Position numbers and translations under genes: made by a program
Notes under the pieces: model-generated
Databases searched by the model: none
What the model was told of the DNA's origin: nothing
Seen by the model: the letters and a program-made list of their open reading frames with translations, nothing else
Part shown: positions 26,531 through 30,136 of the stretch, piece by piece
How positions within the stretch are numbered: the first letter of the stretch is position 1
Layout of the letters: the number at the start of each line of letters is the position of its first letter
Assembly: GCA_030586555.1 (NCBI GenBank)
Contig: JAURAC010000035.1
Coordinates: forward strand, 1-30,136
Source: Candidatus Subterrananammoxibius californiae
GTDB lineage: Bacteria > Planctomycetota > Brocadiia > Brocadiales > Subterrananammoxibiaceae
DNA length: 30,136 nt
Reading direction: 5' to 3'

Positions 26531-27955
26531 ATGGATAAAAAGTCAATTAAAGTGAATAAAAAATTGGTTCTTGCATTTACTGCAATAATCTCAGGATTTG
26601 TTTGTTTCAGCATAACTCTATCTTATGCAGAAACAAAAACCAACCCTTCCGTAGTTACGGAAAAGTTTTACAATCCGTTTAGACGGGTTAAACATGGCCC
26701 ACCCCTCAAAAACGTAACGCATAAAGTGAATGCCTCGTGGATTTCTGGTTGGATTAAGAATACCAAGGTTTATGACCCAGGCGCCAGAATGCCATTTTTG
26801 ATGTTAGAAGACGATGAAGTAAAAGCCATAATAGCATATTTGGCGAGTATTGCAGATAAAAATCCACCATATCCAAAACTACAATGGGATGACGACCTTC
26901 TTAAGCCAGAATCAGAACTGACAGATGAAGAGTTTGAAGTAGTGGATAAACTTATTACAAAAGGAAAGGGCGTTTGGTCAGTAGCACGATGCGGTCTCTG
27001 TCATGCACAAAAAGGCGTTGGGGGATTTGTTCCAGTTGCTCCTGATTTGGGTAAAGTTCAATTAAAGATTAGTAACCGAGATTGGCTTTATTACTGGATA
27101 AAAAACCCGAGAGAACATTTTATTGATACCATGATGTCTCAATTCAGGCTGACTGATGAAGAGTTAAGGGCTCTTATCGAATACATCCTCAGAAGTGAGG
27201 ATTTTATGCCTGAATATGAAGAAGAGGAAGAAGAGAGTGAAGGAGGCGAAGAGGCAGCCCCTGCAGTTGAAATAACTTATTCTAACGACCCTACAATTAT
27301 AGAAAATGGAAAAAGAGTAATTACCGTGAGCCGATGTGTGGTATGTCATGATATCGAAGGCATCAAGGAAGTTCTTCCTCCAATCGTAAGAGACCCTGTA
27401 CCCACAGAGGATTTTCCTAAACTTGTGTATGAAATAAGATGTTTAACATGCCATAACATCAGTGGGAATGGCGGAACATTTGCTCCAGAATTAACTAATA
27501 TAGGTAGCAAGCTTAAGGATAGCTGGCTTGTTGATTTCTTGAAGACCCCTGACATCATCCGTCCAATACTTCAACAAATGCCCAAGTTTAGCCTTACCGA
27601 TGAAGAGGCAAGGATTGCAACGGACTACATAAAAAAGAATTTTATTAGCGGAGAAATTCCAACCGACCTTTTTAAAGAAGAAGCGGTAAACGAAGAAAAA
27701 GCCGCTGCGGGCAAAACATTTTTTTATGACTATGGCTGCAATACCTGCCACGCAATAGGTCCAGAGGGTGGTGTAATAGGGCCAAATCTTGCTAAAGCGG
27801 GCGATAGGTTAGAACCAAATTATGTTTATTGGCACTTAAAAAATCCGCAGCATGCAGCCCTTGATACCGCGGAGCCACGTTATAAGCTTACTGAGGAAGA
27901 GATCGCCAATTTAGTACATTTTCTGATGTCTTGTACAGATAAAGGAACCAGTTAA
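26531..27955 (+). CDS. Tetraheme cytochrome c with repeated class I domains
   Basis: Signal peptide, CGLCH, CVVCH, CLTCH, CNTCH, APDL/APEL..W..P..MP motifs, Glu-rich linker. Confidence 0.85.
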   Translation: MDKKSIKVNKKLVLAFTAIISGFVCFSITLSYAETKTNPSVVTEKFYNPFRRVKHGPPLKNVTHKVNASWISGWIKNTKVYDPGARMPFLMLEDDEVKAIIAYLASIADKNPPYPKLQWDDDLLKPESELTDEEFEVVDKLITKGKGVWSVARCGLCHAQKGVGGFVPVAPDLGKVQLKISNRDWLYYWIKNPREHFIDTMMSQFRLTDEELRALIEYILRSEDFMPEYEEEEEESEGGEEAAPAVEITYSNDPTIIENGKRVITVSRCVVCHDIEGIKEVLPPIVRDPVPTEDFPKLVYEIRCLTCHNISGNGGTFAPELTNIGSKLKDSWLVDFLKTPDIIRPILQQMPKFSLTDEEARIATDYIKKNFISGEIPTDLFKEEAVNEEKAAAGKTFFYDYGCNTCHAIGPEGGVIGPNLAKAGDRLEPNYVYWHLKNPQHAALDTAEPRYKLTEEEIANLVHFLMSCTDKGTS

Positions 27956-27979
27956 TTTGTCAAATACGAAGGGAACTAA

Positions 27980-28591
27980 ATGTTAGGACAATATACACTT
28001 TTAAAACGAACTATGATAATTGGAATTAGTATTCTTTCTGTCAGTCTAAATGTTTCACAGGGTTTATTTGGTGCTGTCAAAGATGGGGAACATCCACGTG
28101 CGAATAAGCTAAAATTAATCCGTTTTGATGCCAAACATGTGTATCGGCATCATTGTGTACATTGCCATGGAGAAGAAGGGAAGGGCGACGGTAAGTCATT
28201 CCCTTATGAAGTGAAGCCAGGACCCAGGGACTTTACTGATACAGAGTATATGTCTAAATTAGAAGACGCGGACATTAAAAAGGTTATAATCGGCGGCTCT
28301 GTGGCTGTAAAGAAGTCGAACTTGTGCCCTGCGTGGGGTGACACCTTTGATGATGAAATGATTAAAAAACTGGTTGCATACATAAGAGCATTTTCAGTCT
28401 CTTCAGCCATTGTGAAGGAACCCGTGGAAGGTGCCCCGAACTCTCCTATTGAGGAAACGCATAACGAAGGAAAGCCTACAAGTAAGAAACCCTTTATAGT
28501 ATGGCCTATAGTCGGTTTAATAACCGCATTCCTTATCTGGAGAGCCCTCACAGAGTGGTTGCGAGAACGAGTCCTAAAAGAACAGTCTTAG
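27980..28591 (+). CDS. Monoheme cytochrome c with C-terminal membrane anchor and probable distal Cys
   Basis: CVHCH, GDG..PRDFTD, SNLCPAWG at the usual SxxMPxW position, C-terminal TM (FIVWPIVGLITAFLIW). Confidence 0.85.
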   Translation: MLGQYTLLKRTMIIGISILSVSLNVSQGLFGAVKDGEHPRANKLKLIRFDAKHVYRHHCVHCHGEEGKGDGKSFPYEVKPGPRDFTDTEYMSKLEDADIKKVIIGGSVAVKKSNLCPAWGDTFDDEMIKKLVAYIRAFSVSSAIVKEPVEGAPNSPIEETHNEGKPTSKKPFIVWPIVGLITAFLIWRALTEWLRERVLKEQS

Positions 28592-28594
28592 ATT

Positions 28595-29617
28595 ATGTAC
28601 AAAAGTATATACATCCCTGTTGACAATTCGAGATACTCTAATTACGCCATTGATATTGGTGTAACCATTGCCAAAAAATTTGATGCAAAGGTGGTGGGAA
28701 GTCATGTTTATGCTGCCAGACTCCACAATCGCAGATTAAAGGACATGGAGAGTGGACTCCCTCCACAATACCAACAAGAAAAAGTGCTTCATGGACTCAG
28801 AGCCTTACATGGTTCCTTGATAGAACGTGGACTCAAAGCTATTTCATTCTCATACCTTGAAGTATTGAAGAAAAGGTGTATAGAAGCAAAAGTCTCTTTT
28901 GATTGTAAGATACTTGAAGGAAAAAATTACCTTGAATTGGTTAAGGATATTGACGACTCTAATTATGATTTGGTTGTAATGGGCGTATTAGGTCTTGGTG
29001 CTGTAAATGGCAATTTGATTGGGAGTGTTTGTGAGAGGGTTGTAAGAAGGGTTAAAACGGATGTCTTAGTTATTAAGAATGATAGACCTCTTGAGTCTAA
29101 AATTATGGTGGCAGTTGATGGAAGCGCTCCATCCAACGCCGCTATCTTTGCTGCTGGGAACCTTGCCAGAACCTTTGGCACGGCTATAGAAGCAGTCTCT
29201 GTTTTCGACCCTGACTTCCATCGCATTGCCTTTGAAAATATTACTAATGTACTTACTCAAGAAGCGGGTCAGATATTCAAATTTAAGGAGCAGGAAAAAC
29301 TCCACGGAGATGTTATAGATAAAGGCCTTGCAAAGGTATATCAAGACTATTTAGACGATTCTCGTCAAATCATCGAAAGAAATATTGGGCTTAAGATTAA
29401 TACCACCCTAATGGAAGGTAAACCATACAACGAAATATTAAAACGTATTGAAGAAGAAGACCCTTCACTTTTGGTTATTGGACGGACTGGGCTTCATAAC
29501 GCTGATAGCTTGGATATTGGAAGTGCAACCGAAAATTTGCTACGCTTGGCGCCATGTCATGTTTTAATAACGAGTGGAAATAAAAAGGCTAATTTAGAAT
29601 TGGAGAAAAAATCATGA
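28595..29617 (+). CDS. Tandem-domain universal stress protein
   Basis: YKSIYIPVDNS and KIMVAVDGS domain starts, DLVVMGVLG..IGSVCERVVR and LLVIGRTG..IGSATENLLRLAPCHVL. Confidence 0.9.
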   Translation: MYKSIYIPVDNSRYSNYAIDIGVTIAKKFDAKVVGSHVYAARLHNRRLKDMESGLPPQYQQEKVLHGLRALHGSLIERGLKAISFSYLEVLKKRCIEAKVSFDCKILEGKNYLELVKDIDDSNYDLVVMGVLGLGAVNGNLIGSVCERVVRRVKTDVLVIKNDRPLESKIMVAVDGSAPSNAAIFAAGNLARTFGTAIEAVSVFDPDFHRIAFENITNVLTQEAGQIFKFKEQEKLHGDVIDKGLAKVYQDYLDDSRQIIERNIGLKINTTLMEGKPYNEILKRIEEEDPSLLVIGRTGLHNADSLDIGSATENLLRLAPCHVLITSGNKKANLELEKKS

Positions 29618-30057
29618 GACAGTCAGAATTCATGATTGGTGGACTTGACTTTAAGGATTTAAATGCCTCTCGAATGATGGAAACAAACGTCGTCACCGCC
29701 CAACCGAACACCACATGGCACGACATGGCTCGCACAATGACTGAGCGTGGCTTCGGTGACGTTCCAATTATTGATGCCAACAAAAAACTCGTGGGAATTG
29801 TTACTGAATACGACCTTCTTAAGGCATTGATGGAACGCAAAGACATCAATAACACTACTGCTAAGGATATAATGACCAAGGACGTTGTCTGTGTTACCGA
29901 GGAAACACATGCAGTAGAGATAATTAATATTCTTGAAACAAAACACCTAATTCGCCTGCCTGTTGTTAGAGATGGCAAATTAGTAGGTATTGTTGCAAGA
30001 CGAGATATTCTTTTAGCTTACCTCAAAGCTGTCGAAAAACCACCCGGTACGCCTTAA
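29614..30057 (+). CDS. CBS-pair domain protein
   Basis: VPIIDANKKLVGIVTEYDLL and TAKDIMTKDVVCV..LPVVRDGKLVGIVARRDIL. ATGA overlap with the USP gene. Confidence 0.9.
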   Translation: MRQSEFMIGGLDFKDLNASRMMETNVVTAQPNTTWHDMARTMTERGFGDVPIIDANKKLVGIVTEYDLLKALMERKDINNTTAKDIMTKDVVCVTEETHAVEIINILETKHLIRLPVVRDGKLVGIVARRDILLAYLKAVEKPPGTP

Positions 30058-30060
30058 ACC

Positions 30061-30136
30061 TTGTTAACAAATTTCCTCCCATATATAATCTCCTGGAATA
30101 CCACGTGGCGCTGTAATCTCCGCTGTGCCCATTGCT
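30061..30136 (+). CDS. Radical SAM protein, AhbC/AhbD/NirJ-like (5' part, truncated by window end)
   Basis: Frame from TTG 30061 reads (M)LTNFLPYIISWNTTWRCNLRCAHC, a CxxxCxxC motif in the ISWNxTxRCNLxCxHC context. Absent from the ORF track. Confidence 0.75.
   Translation, partial: MLTNFLPYIISWNTTWRCNLRCAHC

Noticed and set aside
502..29978. Many short minus-strand and alternate-frame ORFs in the ORF track
   Set aside because: They overlap well-supported + strand genes or intergenic repeats and have no recognisable motifs. The repeated ones (3190-3402 and 5556-5768) only mirror the duplicated tract.

Overview
A single + strand respiratory gene cluster of about 30 kb, AT-rich by eye, most similar in gene content to anammox (Ca. 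Brocadiae-like) or nitrite-oxidiser systems. The taxon is inferred, not shown. In order it holds: (1) the 3' part of an outer-membrane beta-barrel gene; (2) a b6f-type Rieske/cytochrome b complex whose split cytochrome b genes are separated by a small membrane protein and two paralogous FAD/[4Fe-4S] NAD(P)H oxidoreductases, one with an NADP(H)-type and one with an NAD(H)-type binding signature, followed by a membrane-anchored octaheme cytochrome c; (3) a cupredoxin-like protein, a diheme cytochrome c and an octaheme HAO-family protein lacking the cross-linking Tyr (reductive type); (4) two tandem diverged cassettes of [cupredoxin-like, CydA-like membrane protein, diheme cytochrome c, triheme cytochrome c fused to an EbdC/NxrC-like heme b domain], with no cydB in the window; (5) tetraheme and monoheme (probable His/Cys) cytochromes, a tandem USP protein, a CBS protein and the start of an AhbC/AhbD/NirJ-like radical SAM gene. 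I count 33 CxxCH motifs. Intergenic DNA carries REP-like palindromes and a cupredoxin-like pseudogene remnant, and one oxidoreductase has an in-frame repeat-spacer-repeat insertion. No RNA genes, transposases or CRISPR arrays were seen.
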